From assembly GCF_011745625.1 (NCBI RefSeq), contig NW_027191462.1, forward strand, positions 248,001 through 312,000: DNA of 64,000 bases, written 5' to 3'. Position 1 is the stretch's first letter, and each line of letters opens with the position of its first letter. The stretch is from Cladosporium halotolerans (taxonomy: Eukaryota). Positions 23,987-35,508 of this stretch are shown here, one piece after another. The notes beneath the pieces are model-generated. The model was not told where the DNA came from, did not search any database, and saw only the letters and a list, made by a program, of their open reading frames with translations. A program made the translations under genes and the position numbers.

Positions 23987-24651
23987 ATGGTCACCGTCGA
24001 CCCCGTCCGCGCAGGTCAGTCATGCTCCTCCGATCCCCTCCAACACCTCCCCTTTACCCACCCTCACAACCCCACACACCACCAACAAACCCAGGCCTCG
24101 TCGTGGCCGTCACAAAAGAAGAACCCACCGACGCCTCCTCCGACTCGCCAACAATCTACACCGCCACGCAAATCCCCACCGTCAACTCCCTGCCGGACCC
24201 CGTCGCGGACCGCGCGGACCTGCGCCGCGAGCTCAGCTGGGGTTTCGGGCCGGTGAACGTACGTATTGCATCGCAAACGAACAATCCGCAGGGCGCAGGG
24301 GGCTAAGCGCGGCCGCCTAGATCGTCGGCTACATCGACACGCAGACGCTGGAGATCGGCGTCTCGGTGTCGGTTTTCGGGGCCAGGATCCTGAACTTGTT
24401 TGGGAACCTGAAAAACGGGGTTGTGGGGAAGATCGATTTGTTTTTGGCGAAGGGGGAGGTTAGGCTGTTTTTGAAGAATAGGAGAGGTGAGATATCCGTT
24501 TTCTTTTTTTAATGCTCTCGATCTGGGGGTTCTTTTTGGGAATTGATGGGCTGACGAGTTGTGATTCTTTGCAGAGGTGTGGGTCAAGCTGCATTTGAAG
24601 GTTACGTTTGATGGGACGTTTGATAGGGAGGAGAAGATTTTTTCGTTTTGA
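23987..24651 (+). CDS. Small beta-rich hypothetical protein (about 144 aa)
   Basis: Four exons (23987-24014, 24095-24258, 24321-24486, 24575-24651) with canonical introns give ...LSWGFGPVNIVGYIDT...GNLKNGVVGKIDLFLAKGEVRLFLKN...VWVKLHLKVTFDGTF. A TATATAA lies at about 23855. Confidence 0.8.
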
Positions 24652-25063
24652 TTTGGATTAGGGGTGGGGAGAGGGAGGAGGGGAGAGGAAGGAAGGAGTT
24701 CGTTGTAACGGCCGAAGGGGGATGATAAGTTTTGAGAGGGAGTCGGAGCGTCGATAGCTGAGAATGAGCGAGTTGTCGTAGGTTGCCGGGCCTTGACGTT
24801 CGTTGACTTGCGCCTCGATATTGCATGCAGGCTTTGTATTCCATTCATAATGACGGTTGCAGTGGCATGTAAATCGGAAAGCGATCATACAATCTGCATG
24901 CCCGATCAGGCAGGTGCTCGAAGAAACTCAGCTCAACTAGGCAAGACTTCAGATGAGGTGATAGGCAGCTTGGCTTCTTGGCTTCTGAATCGCCGGCGAT
25001 ATAACAGCGACATGATTGGAATGCGATCTGGATCCTGTGGCATTTTACTGCTACAGCTCGACA

Positions 25064-25963
25064 ATGCAATTGATAAACTACTTCACAGCCGCCGCCGCCT
25101 TGGCGGTCGCCGCGCTCGCAACACCCCTACCCAACCACGACACCGACAACTCCACCCTCGTCGGCCCCGAAACCGGCCACCTAGTCGTCGTCGGCGGCGC
25201 CCTGCAAAGCGAAGCCATCTGGCAGCGCATCATAGCCCTCGCCGGCGGCCCCTCGGCCCCCATCGTCGTCGTCCCCACCGCCGGCGGCGAACCCTCCTAC
25301 GACTCCTCCTTCCCCTCCGCCGCAACCCTGCGCTCCCTCGGCGCCCAGAACGTCACCGTCCTGCACACGTACGACCCCGGCGTCGCCGACACGGACGCCT
25401 TCGTCGCGCCCCTGCTGCGCGCGAGGGGCGTCTTCTTCGCCGGCGGGCGCCAGTGGCGGCTGGTCGACGCGTACGCCGGGACCAAGGCCGAAGCCGCGTT
25501 TCGGGGTGTGCTGGGGCGCGGCGGCGTCGTGGCGGGCTCGAGCGCGGGCGCCAGCATTCTTGGGAGTTTTTTGGCCAGAGGCGACACGGCGAGCAACACT
25601 GTCCTCGTCGGCGACCACACGGTCGGCTTCGGGTACTTGCGGAACACGGCGGTCGACCAGCACGTCCTGGCGCGCAATCGCCACTTCGATATGTTCGAGA
25701 TCACGCGCGCGTACCCGGGGTTGTTGGGGTTGGCGGTTGACGAGGACACGGCGCTGGTTGTGCGTGGGGATGAGGCGGAGGTGGTCGGGAGCACGTATGC
25801 GTTGGTTTATGATGGGGGGTTTTGGAGTCGGGAGGGGAGTTGGGAGCGCGAGCTGCCGGGGCCTGGGGAAAGGTTTTATTTTCTCAGGGAGGGGGATAGG
25901 TATGATTTGGGCAAGCGGCGGGTGATCGAGCCGAGTGGGATGGGCGGTGGGGAGGAAGAGTGA
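25064..25963 (+). CDS. Secreted cyanophycinase-like serine peptidase (S51, class I glutamine amidotransferase-like fold)
   Basis: Intronless, with signal peptide MQLINYFTAAAALAVAALA. Motifs: LVVVGG, VVPTA, FFAGGRQWRL, GSSAGA (Ser), VDQH..ARNR (His), GLAVDE (Glu). Confidence 0.88.
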   Translation: MQLINYFTAAAALAVAALATPLPNHDTDNSTLVGPETGHLVVVGGALQSEAIWQRIIALAGGPSAPIVVVPTAGGEPSYDSSFPSAATLRSLGAQNVTVLHTYDPGVADTDAFVAPLLRARGVFFAGGRQWRLVDAYAGTKAEAAFRGVLGRGGVVAGSSAGASILGSFLARGDTASNTVLVGDHTVGFGYLRNTAVDQHVLARNRHFDMFEITRAYPGLLGLAVDEDTALVVRGDEAEVVGSTYALVYDGGFWSREGSWERELPGPGERFYFLREGDRYDLGKRRVIEPSGMGGGEEE

Positions 25964-26096
25964 GCGCGTTCGGGAATCGTGTCTCAGAAGCTGAGCGAAG
26001 GCCTGCTGTACATCGCCGTCCCAGACAATCTTGGAGAATCGTTTGCCAGAAGACCATCGAGAACCGCCCAATCTCTCCCACCCCCCTCACAACCCC

Positions 26097-27068
26097 CTAC
26101 CCACCCAACCTCACGCACTCCCCAACTCCCAACTCCACCACCTCCGTCCCCCACCCCTCCGCCCCAACCAACCCCTGCACCTCGCGCGCCGCAAAAGCCC
26201 TACTCCTCAACCACCTAACGCTCCAACCCCCCCTCTCGACCTCGCCATCGTGCGCCGCAATCCAGCACCTCACTCTCCCCCCCAGCGCGCGCAGCAGTTC
26301 CAAACCGCCGGGCGCGCCGCGCATGACTTCGCCGCCGAGGCAGGCGGGGTTCTGCTCGTGGTTGAAGCCGTGCAGGAGGGCGGTGAGGGGGAGGGCGTGC
26401 GTGGGGAGGAGGTGGGCGGTTGTGTAGGGGGCGATGGTGGAGGGGGGCGTGCCGTGGGGGGTGTAGAGGAGGGAGAGGGTGGGGGTGGGATCTGGTTTGT
26501 CTGGGGTTGGGGCGGCGGGGCTGGGAGGGTGGTAGGTGATGCCGAGGGCGTTGTGGACGCGGGTTAGGTCGTGTTTGGCGGGGAGGTGGGCGATGGTCAG
26601 TTCGCCGGGGCGGAGGGTGGGTGTGGTGGGGGGGAGGGGGATGCGGGTGAGGGTTGAGGGGTGGGAGGGCTTGAAGGGCGGGAGGGTGTGGATGTGCGAG
26701 GGGGCGAAGTGGTTCCAGGATTTGATCTTTTTGGCTGCGGCGGGTGTGGCGAGGATGGTGACGGGTTTGTCTGCGGGCAGGGAGCAGAGGGTCTCGCGGT
26801 TGCAGTGGTCTGGTTTTTCCTGGGTGATGATGATCAGGTCGATTCCTTGCTTGATGTCGGCCAGAGAGTCGATGTGGGGTTTGTCGGTGTGCTTTGTGTA
26901 TTGGAAGCTAGGGTGGAAGATTGAGCTGCGGCCCACCAGCCATGGATCTAGGAGGATCGTGAAGGCGCCAGGGAGTCGACCTTGCTCTTCTGCTGGTGTT
27001 GTCGAGGCTGGAGAGAACGCGAGAAGAAAGGTAGAGTCCGCATTCAGGTGTTGGATTGAGAGGGACAT
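26097..27068 (-). CDS. Metallo-beta-lactamase-fold hypothetical protein
   Basis: 323-aa ORF with HLNADSTFLL, ILLDPWL, IIITQEKPDHC (degenerate HxHxDH), YTPHG and AAHD motifs. Confidence 0.7.
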   Translation of the reverse strand: MSLSIQHLNADSTFLLAFSPASTTPAEEQGRLPGAFTILLDPWLVGRSSIFHPSFQYTKHTDKPHIDSLADIKQGIDLIIITQEKPDHCNRETLCSLPADKPVTILATPAAAKKIKSWNHFAPSHIHTLPPFKPSHPSTLTRIPLPPTTPTLRPGELTIAHLPAKHDLTRVHNALGITYHPPSPAAPTPDKPDPTPTLSLLYTPHGTPPSTIAPYTTAHLLPTHALPLTALLHGFNHEQNPACLGGEVMRGAPGGLELLRALGGRVRCWIAAHDGEVERGGWSVRWLRSRAFAAREVQGLVGAEGWGTEVVELGVGECVRLGG

Positions 27069-28745
27069 GTTATTGTCGGAGGAAAAGGGATGGAGCGTGG
27101 TGTGCTCGAAGTATCGTGATCATGATGCACTTGAAGTCGTGTAACACATGGCGCCGCTAAAGATGGTCGGATGTGGAGATGAACGGAAGACTCTTGATTC
27201 CATGTTGGCCAGCAATTGGAGTGCACGAAAGCATTGATTAACACCCTACCTTAGCAGAAACAACTAGATGCCGTGAGTGGAGCGACGAACAGGCCGTAGA
27301 TGCTGCATACCGTAGGGCCAGGCAGCCAGGCAGCCAGGGTCGGCTGGGCAGACGTGGGCAGGCGGCTGAGGCACAAACAGCGGACTTGGCGCATGAGATT
27401 GCCTCCGGCGAAGGAAGCTGAGCGAAGTTGGAAGGCAGCGACGAGGGCGGCGTGGGCGGGAGAGAGGCGGTGGTATGGCCAAAGCTCACCACCGCGGCGC
27501 CTCCGTGTGTTGACCTCGCTCGCTTCTTCTGCCGGCGGTCTGCACATCTCCGTCCGTCTGCCATCAACACCATCGCCGTCGCGTCGCGCACGCGCAGCGT
27601 CTCTCCGCCATTGCGTCGCCGGCCGGCCAAGGAGTGCGCGGCCAGCAGCGCAAGACAGGCCAGGACTTGCGTCGGGGGATGCCGAGGCGCGCAACGCAAG
27701 CAACTGCAGGGAAGGGCGAGGCGTGCGGAAGAGGCAGATGTGCCAGTCTCGCCAGTGCCAGTCGCCAGTCGCCGGCCATGCAAGCCGCCGCATGCACCGC
27801 GAGTCTGGCCGGCCGCTCTGCGCGCGCTCTCGGTGCTGGAGCGCGGCGTGCCAGGCCGGCCGACTCGGGCGTGTCTGGGCCTGAGGTGAGCAAGGCAGCA
27901 AGGCCAGTCTCACCACGAGGCGGCCTCGACGAGGGTTTGGTTTGGTAGCTCCGCCGGCGCCCGGTAGCCTTCCGGAGACGCTCCCCTCCCGCCCGACGAA
28001 GCAGTGACGCTCTGCCCGGTGGCGAGGCCGGCCGACGTTTTCTGCGCGAGCACGGTGCAGCGAGGCAGCAAGAGATGTTTGTGAGGTGAGTATCGCACTG
28101 GTGAGAGCACGCACGGCTGCACCGCCCTGGCCTCTGCGCGTGCAAATGGAGGCTCGTCAGCCTCAGGCCGCCGTCCTTCCACGCTCGTGGGTGCAGCAGG
28201 CCAGCGATGCCCGCCGGCTTTGGCCCAATGCGCGCAGTCTTACGCGCGCCCTGATTGGCCGTCAGCCAGCATCACGGCCCGCTCTATCGCACTATACCCC
28301 TCCCCATCGCCCGCGCAATCGTCCTTGTGTGCCCGCGCTCACAGTACGCTGATGCCGCCTCGCCGACTCTGCAACTGCAACTCCTTCACCGCGGCTTCAT
28401 CTCTGATACTGCTGTCCTCGCCCTCGCCGCGTCTCTGCTCCGGCCAGCAGCTCCTCGTGTGCGTCATCCCGCCAGCTGTGGCTGCTCGCGCCGCCGTCCG
28501 CCTCCGGTAGCTCTGCTCGAGCTACTGTAGCTCCAGCTCCCGTCCTCTCGACAGCCTGCAGCACCACTGCTCTGCTCTGCTCTGCTGCTCTGCTGCCCTG
28601 CCCTCTGCCCTCTGCCGCCGCCGGGCTAGGGTGCCTGCTTGCTGGCCTGCCTGTCTGCCTATCGGCCTACACACTTCAGCTTCAAGCTTGTTGCTGTTGC
28701 TGTCGCTGCCTACCACCGCCGCTCAAAGCTCTCCTCCTCTGCGCC

Positions 28746-30586
28746 ATGCCGCCCCGCCCAGGTCTCCAGACCTCCTTCTCCGTCGCCGACGTCAACAACG
28801 AGGTCGTCTGCCCGCTCCGTAACCAGGATGGAAGCCATTGCCGCAAGCGATGCCTCGGCGTGAGTCCCGTCGTCTCATTACCTGTACATCCTCGTTCTCG
28901 CGCTGCCTTTCATCGTTCCGTCTTGTATCCTTGCCGTCCTTCAATGCGCACCTGCTGTGACTCCTTACTGCCTCGCGTCGCTACTCCTCGCTTCACTTCT
29001 CCTCGCTCTCACATCCGTCATTTCGAGCTCGTAGTAACCATGCATGCGTCTACAGGAGAAGCGCTATCGCTCCATGCAGGAGCACATCCGCCGCGCCCAT
29101 CCCGAATACTACATCCCCAAGCTGCCTGCCACAAAAGAAAGCTTCGAGCTCATGATAACATCCCCTCCGCACGAGCTGCCGCAAGACACCTCCCCCCAGC
29201 AAAATCATGTCCACCACCCGGTGGTCCCGCAGCACTCTGATCCGTCAGGTCTGTCACCCGCCTTCAACCTTGATTCCGCTCTAGGCTCATCGTTGGCGCA
29301 AGGCTACGGACACATGATCGGCCAGCACGATGGGGGATACTACACCGCTGGTGACAATGATGCCGCTGTCATCTTCAACAGCATGCAAGCCCAGCAGCGC
29401 TCCTCTGACGAGTATCGCCGAGGCTCGCTCATCCCTGCGGCCTCTGCCGCCGCCGCTCTCGCCCAGTTGCACTACCACAGAGGTGCCGGTGGCGACTCGG
29501 ATTGGGCAGGCGATAACATAGGACAGGTGATCTTCCCCACCCTGCAGTTGTCGCCTACAGGCACTGAAGCCGACTTCCTTCAGAACTATTACGCCGAGCA
29601 GAACAACGACATGAAGCCGCAAAACTACCACGTTGACCCGACGTTGGATGAGCCGCCTTTCATGCAAGATCCCACCTCTTTCCCCGCAACCACCGGCCAA
29701 GACCAACCCGGCTTACTCCCAAGTAGCTTGGCTCGCTCACCTCCAGACAGGAATGCAACACTTCCACCTCTGCAAAGGAGCCATTCACGGCAGCATGCAC
29801 GTCCAAGGAACAAAAGTCTGACGCAGCAGGCTCGGATGGCCAAGCATGAGCGGAAGAGGAGTAAAGATAGCATCAAGCGGAGTGGTGGCGAGCGTAAGCT
29901 TTTCTCCGGCGAACCGACTCCCGCTGCATTGTACGGCAAGCGATGGGAAGACTTGATAGATGCTGCTACAAGTGCTACAGAGGAAGAAGGGTCACGCGAT
30001 CTCACACCTGTAAGTGTCAGAAGTCACTGGCTTGCTAATCGTCCACAGCCATCCTGGAAGGAACATACACCATGCTGACCGTCTGTAGATACCTGCTTCA
30101 CCATATCAGTCACCTCAGGCAGCTTCACGAACCTCAGTGCCGCCGCCCTTCGCACTAGGATCTCAATTCCAATCATTTCAAGCGTCACCACTCAACCGTG
30201 CCCTCACGCCACCTACAGCAGATTCCAACCTCGATTTGCAGCAATACACGTCGGTGGACTCTTCCTTATCTTCAAGCTTATCACACCAACACCATAACTC
30301 AACCGACTCTGGCTCGCAATTCAACATCATGCCTCCAGGTGCCATGGATTCCACGAACACCTCACCAATGTTCGCTCCGGCACAACCGGTACAGATCTAC
30401 TGTGCCGGATGTCGCCGCTTGAGCATATTGAAAGACAGCTACGCGTGCACAAACTGCATTTGCGGACTGTGTGGGACATGTGTGGAAGCGCTTGTGGAAA
30501 ACCAGCGCAACGGTCGCATGAGTGGATGCCCGAGGTGCAGTCTCAACTATGGCAGTTTCAAGCAATTCCAGCTTGACGTGCGATGA
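28746..30586 (+). CDS. Fungal zinc-finger protein (N-terminal C2H2-like, C-terminal RING-like), putative transcription regulator
   Basis: Introns 28860-29055, 29527-29583 and 30010-30088. Motifs: CPLRNQDGSHCRKRCLGEKRYRSMQEHIRRAH, KRWEDLIDAA and C-terminal CxxC..CxxC...CxxC..CPRC. Confidence 0.82.
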
Positions 30587-31164
30587 GACGATCTTCACCA
30601 CTACTTGCGCCAAGGATGACTACTGGCTGGTATATCCGCACGGTCTCCAGAAAGCACACGGGCATAAGCGTCTGCGAACTTCGCCGGCCGCCGCATCTCT
30701 ACGACGGAACACGTCCACCCGACGCGCTTTTCGTCGAGATGATACGGAATGGCCTCGGGACCACACCTCAGCCCGCGCCGCAGAGCCGCAAACCGCAAAA
30801 TCCCAAGCCACCCTCTACCACACCTATACGACGACTTTACCAACGACCTAAGCCCACGACACGAACTGTCTCACGACCAACGACCCTCTCTCTTTCTTCC
30901 TCCTTTTCCTAAACCTTGTCTGGAGCGCTGCCGCGCCACAGCCGCAGCGCACTTGATCACACTTTCCGCACGCAGCTCCGGCTCTTTCGCCGAGTTCCCC
31001 GCCTCCTTCCTCTTCTTTCTACCCAATCTTCACGACACACATGACTTTTTACCAGGCGCAGAAAGAAAAAGCCAGCCAGGTACCAAGGGCGCAGGCTGCG
31101 GGCGCAGAAGGACGGCCGGGAGTTTTGGTTTGGACGCTTATCGCTTTCTTTGCTATTACGTTTT

Positions 31165-31192
31165 TTTCTTTCTTTCTTTCTTTCTTTCTTTC
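31165..31192. repeat. (TTTC)n microsatellite
   Basis: About 7 copies in a T-rich region downstream of the zinc-finger gene. Confidence 0.85.
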
Positions 31193-32331
31193 TGACTTTT
31201 GAATTTTTGACGCGACAAACGGTACGCCCGCAAGGCAATGGCAATGGCGTGGTTGTCTTCTATGGGGAGTTTTATGGTTTTATTCTTTGGGTTTGCTTTG
31301 GGGCCCCGCAACGCCGGAAAAGGCGAGGGCAGATACAGGATGCCTCTTGGTTTTTTCTGTTTTTTTTTCCCCTGTTTTTGACGAATGGAATGGGATGGGA
31401 TGGGTTTTTTATGCTCGGATGGATGCGTTCGATATGAGGTACTCTGTTACCGTACCGTATGATAGATGAGAATCGAATTGCCCGACTTGACCTACCTATG
31501 GTTGGTTGGTTGGGGTTTGAGATGATTTTCTCCGTGGGGGTGGACGGCGTTTGGATTTGGTCTTTCAGAGTGTTGTGGCACTGTCTTTGACATATCATTT
31601 ATTTATCAGGGAGACTGAGGTCAGTACCTACGGCGTGTACGGGTGCTCACCGTGTTGGATGGATTGGTTTGCGACGTCTCGATTTCACGGTGATGCATTT
31701 CGTTCTAGACGCACATGACGACACTCCTCACTGCCAACGACCAATTTCTCATCATTATTCTGGGCCATGGGTTTCTTTTCAATATCGAAGACTCTACGAA
31801 ACCCAATCGTGAGTCCGTGCATTTCCAACAACGACATGGGCAAACCCGATCCCTTGGTCGGCCGCAGATCTCAAACCGACCAATCACAAGCCCAGCATTC
31901 CCAGCCCACGCCAGGTCTCGGCCGGTTCCTGCTTTCGACGCGAGTCCGACCGCATCAGCCTCCAGGCGGCCGCCAACGATGGTTCCCTCATCAGCTGAAA
32001 ACCCGCGCGGAAGAAAACCACACGCATATGTTGTTAGCCTGCAAAAAAGTTACCGTGACACTTCTACTCGCCCGCGCCCTCGCCCTCGCTGTCACATGCT
32101 GCCCGCAACCCTAGACGTCCCATAGCTGCCAGCTTCGCTTCCTTCCTTCGTCCCACGTCTCTCGCCACTCGCCACTCGCGCCTCACCTATACGCCACTCT
32201 AGTGCTGCCCTGTTGGCCGCAACGGCCGTAACGCCGCCAGTCCTCCCCTCCACCAGCCAGTCTGCGAGAGCGGCAAAGCGACCGGACCGGGGCACCCAGC
32301 CAGCAACGGCAACCAATCCGTCGGACGCGCC

Positions 32332-35183
32332 ATGGCCGACTCCTCCTCCTGGACGCAGCAGTCCGCGCCCGCGCCCCGCCACTCCCACTCGCACTCCCCA
32401 GACGCCTCCTCACCCCCCAACCTCAGCGTCTTCCGCGACAACACCCTCCCCCAGGACGGGGCCGCAGGTGCCGCGTCCGCAGCGCCCCCGCGCATCCGCC
32501 GCCGCAACCGCCTCATCACGTCCTGCCTCGAGTGCCGCCGCCGCAAGCTCAAATGCGACAAGCAGGCGCCCTGCGCCAACTGCACGCGTTTCAGGCGGGA
32601 CTGTCTTTACCTCGCGCCGGCGCTGGATTCGCTGAGCCAGCGGAAGCTCGCGGAGATGAAGGAGCGCATGGGGGCGCTGGAGAAGGGGCTTGAGAGGGAG
32701 GTTAGTGGCGCGAAGGCGCATAGGGGGGGTACGCAGGTTTTTCCTGTGGTGGTGGGGAAGGGGGGTGCGGGTGGGGCGGGGGTGAAGGTTGAGGTTGAGG
32801 GGGGGAGTGGCGAGGATGGGGAGGGGGAGGAGGAGGTGGAGGACGAGGAGGCGCTGGAGCCGACGCCGCTGGCGGATCTGGACGCGGGGTACGAAGACAA
32901 TGGGGACGACGAGATGATGGATCTGGGCGTGCAGATGGGCAAGATGCGCATTACTGATCGCATTGGCGGCTGGATTCGGCCGAAGCTCGTGGACGAGCTG
33001 AACGATACGCTCAATGATGTCAAGGCTGGGAAGTCGCGGTGGGCGAAGCAGGAGGGTGGACAGGCTGCCTGGCAGGGTGCGACGGGGGAGGCTCAGCAGC
33101 AGGCGAGTGTTGGTGAGGGGAGGGCGAAGATCCAGGCTTCGCCGAAGTCGTATATTGGGCCTGGGCCCGATTACATTCCGCCTGCGTCGGGGTTCTTCCT
33201 GGCGGGGATGAATGGGGGAGCTGGGCTTTACGATTTCCTCCCGTCGAAGACTGTGGCGGATCAGCTCATCGCGCAGTATTTCACGGCGGTTCACGGTGTG
33301 GCGAAGATTGCTCACCGACCGACTTTGGAAGCACAGTATGCGCTTTTCTGGAGCAGCATAGCGACTGGCAACGAGCCAGTGCCGTCCGTGCAGGCCATCA
33401 TATTCGCCGCCATGTTTTCTGGGGCGGTCAGCATGACGGACGAACATATCATGCGGCGTCTTGGAGCGACGAAAGCTACTCTTGTCGACAGTCTACGATC
33501 AGGCACGGAGATGGCATTGAGCAGGGCGAACTTTCTGCGGACGACCAAAATTGATACAATGCAAGCTTTGGTCATGTACCTCATCCCTCTCGTCAGGGCC
33601 GAAGTCTCGAGGGCACATTCGGCGCTGGTCGGGATGGCGATTCGACTGGCAGAATGCATGGGCCTGCACAGAGACGGCACTCACTACAACATGACGCCTG
33701 TCGAGGTCCATGTCAGGAGGATGGTCTGGCACCAGCTTTGTTTTCTGGACCAGCGGACTTGTGAGGCCACAGGACCCAAACCGCAGATCAGAAAAGAAGA
33801 CTACGACACGAAGTTCCCGGCGAACGTCAACGATAACGAGCTCATGAACGCAGAAGGCGTTGTTGGGGATCACCCTTACTGGACGGATAACACCCTTTTT
33901 CGAATACGCGCCGAGTGCGGAGAAGTTCGCCGCCAGGTCTGGTTCGACATTATCGCACTCGACAAGAAGAAAAAGACCCTCACATCTGTACTCGTGCGAG
34001 TGCAGAAGTTCAGAAATGCTCTGGAAAGCAAGTATTTCCCAATGCTCGACGACAACGTACCCCTCCACGTCTTCACGAAACACATCATGGCCCTCGGAAT
34101 CAACGGCCTCTACCTCCAAATCCTCCACCGCTACCTCTTCAGCACAACGACCAAAATGCCCGACCGCCTCCGCCAAGTCCTCATCGAAGCCGGCCTCGCG
34201 CAGATGGAAAACGCGATCGCTCTCGAAACCACGCCGTCCATCGCGCCCTGGGCGTGGTACAAAGGCGCTTTCAACCAGTACCACTCCGCGCTCCTGCTCA
34301 TGGTCGAAGTCTACGCGTACCCCATGCGCAAGGACGCCGCCAAGATCTGGAAGTGCCTCGACTACATCTTCGACATCCCCCCGCACCTGTCGCCCAAGCA
34401 GAAGGCCGAGCTCGTCATCACCGACCTGCGCGACCGCATGGAGATCTTTCACCAGATGCGCCGCGTCCGCACCACCACGCAGATGGAGGCCCGCGTGCAC
34501 TCCATGGGCTCGGCGTCGTCCATGCGCGAGAGGCAGCCTGGGGGCGCTGCTTCGCAGATTTCTGCGGAGCAGCAGAAGCAGCAGCAACAGCAGCAGCAGA
34601 TGCCTTCGCCGCTGCAGCAGAATCAAATCCCGCTCGTGGACTCGTTTGGCCAGATGAGGCAGCAGAGCATGTTCACCGCGCCCGCCGCTCCTCCTTTGGT
34701 CCCGCAAGCGCAGTTCCCGTCGCAGTACGTCCAGCAGCCCGACGCGTCGCCGCAGAGCGACAGTCGGAACAACAGCGTCACAGGCGGTCAGCAGAGTTCA
34801 GGCAGCGGAAGCGGTGCTGCAGGGCCGGACGTCCTCATGGACGACATCGACTGGGTAAGTCATCGCGATACTTGTCCCTCCCCTCCCCTCTTTGGTCCCA
34901 CAACCATGCTGACGACCTCGTTTTACAGAACGAATGGGACAAGTACTTCCCCGTCGAGACCAACACGGGCGACCTCAATATTCCTGATTTCAATTTCTCG
35001 GATTTCACGGGTGGCGCTGGCGGCGCTTTTGCGAATGATTTTGACGCTTCGGGGTATAATAATTATGCGGGCTTGGGGTCTGCGTCAACGCAGCAGCAGC
35101 AGCAGGAGAATTTGTCGGATGTCAATCTGGGTGGCATGTCGTTCTTTCCGTCGCCGAATTATGGGAGGAGGGGGACGGGGTAA
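32332..35183 (+). CDS. Zn(II)2Cys6 transcription factor with fungal-specific TF domain
   Basis: SCLECRRRKLKCDKQAPCANC...C cluster, AIRLAECMGLHRDG...RRMVW middle-homology region and poly-Q. Intron 34855-34929 joins DIDW to NEWDKYF. Confidence 0.92.
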
Positions 35184-35508
35184 TCTTGGGTTGGTAGCTC
35201 CTCTCGCGGGCTGAGGCGCCATCAGACGAACATGATCGTCTCGAGACGGCTTTCGATTCAAATATTGTATAGATGTTGATACGATCTGGTATACGAAACT
35301 CACGATGCACCACAACGGCGAGAAACGGTGATGATATTACATAGGAAGTATCCACCCCTGACCAACAAGGGAAAGTCTATGGCGCTTCGCAATCCGTTGA
35401 GGGCCAGTATCATACACTAGAACTTTTTTCTGGTCCAGGAAGTCTTGTCAAGGAGATCAGTAGTGTCGCGTGCCCACTCGAAATCTCTCGAACATCTTCC
35501 CACTCCGC

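Noticed and set aside
27238..28530. Many overlapping ORFs of 100-290 aa
   Set aside because: GC-rich promoter/UTR sequence giving Arg/Ala/Pro-rich translations with no motifs.
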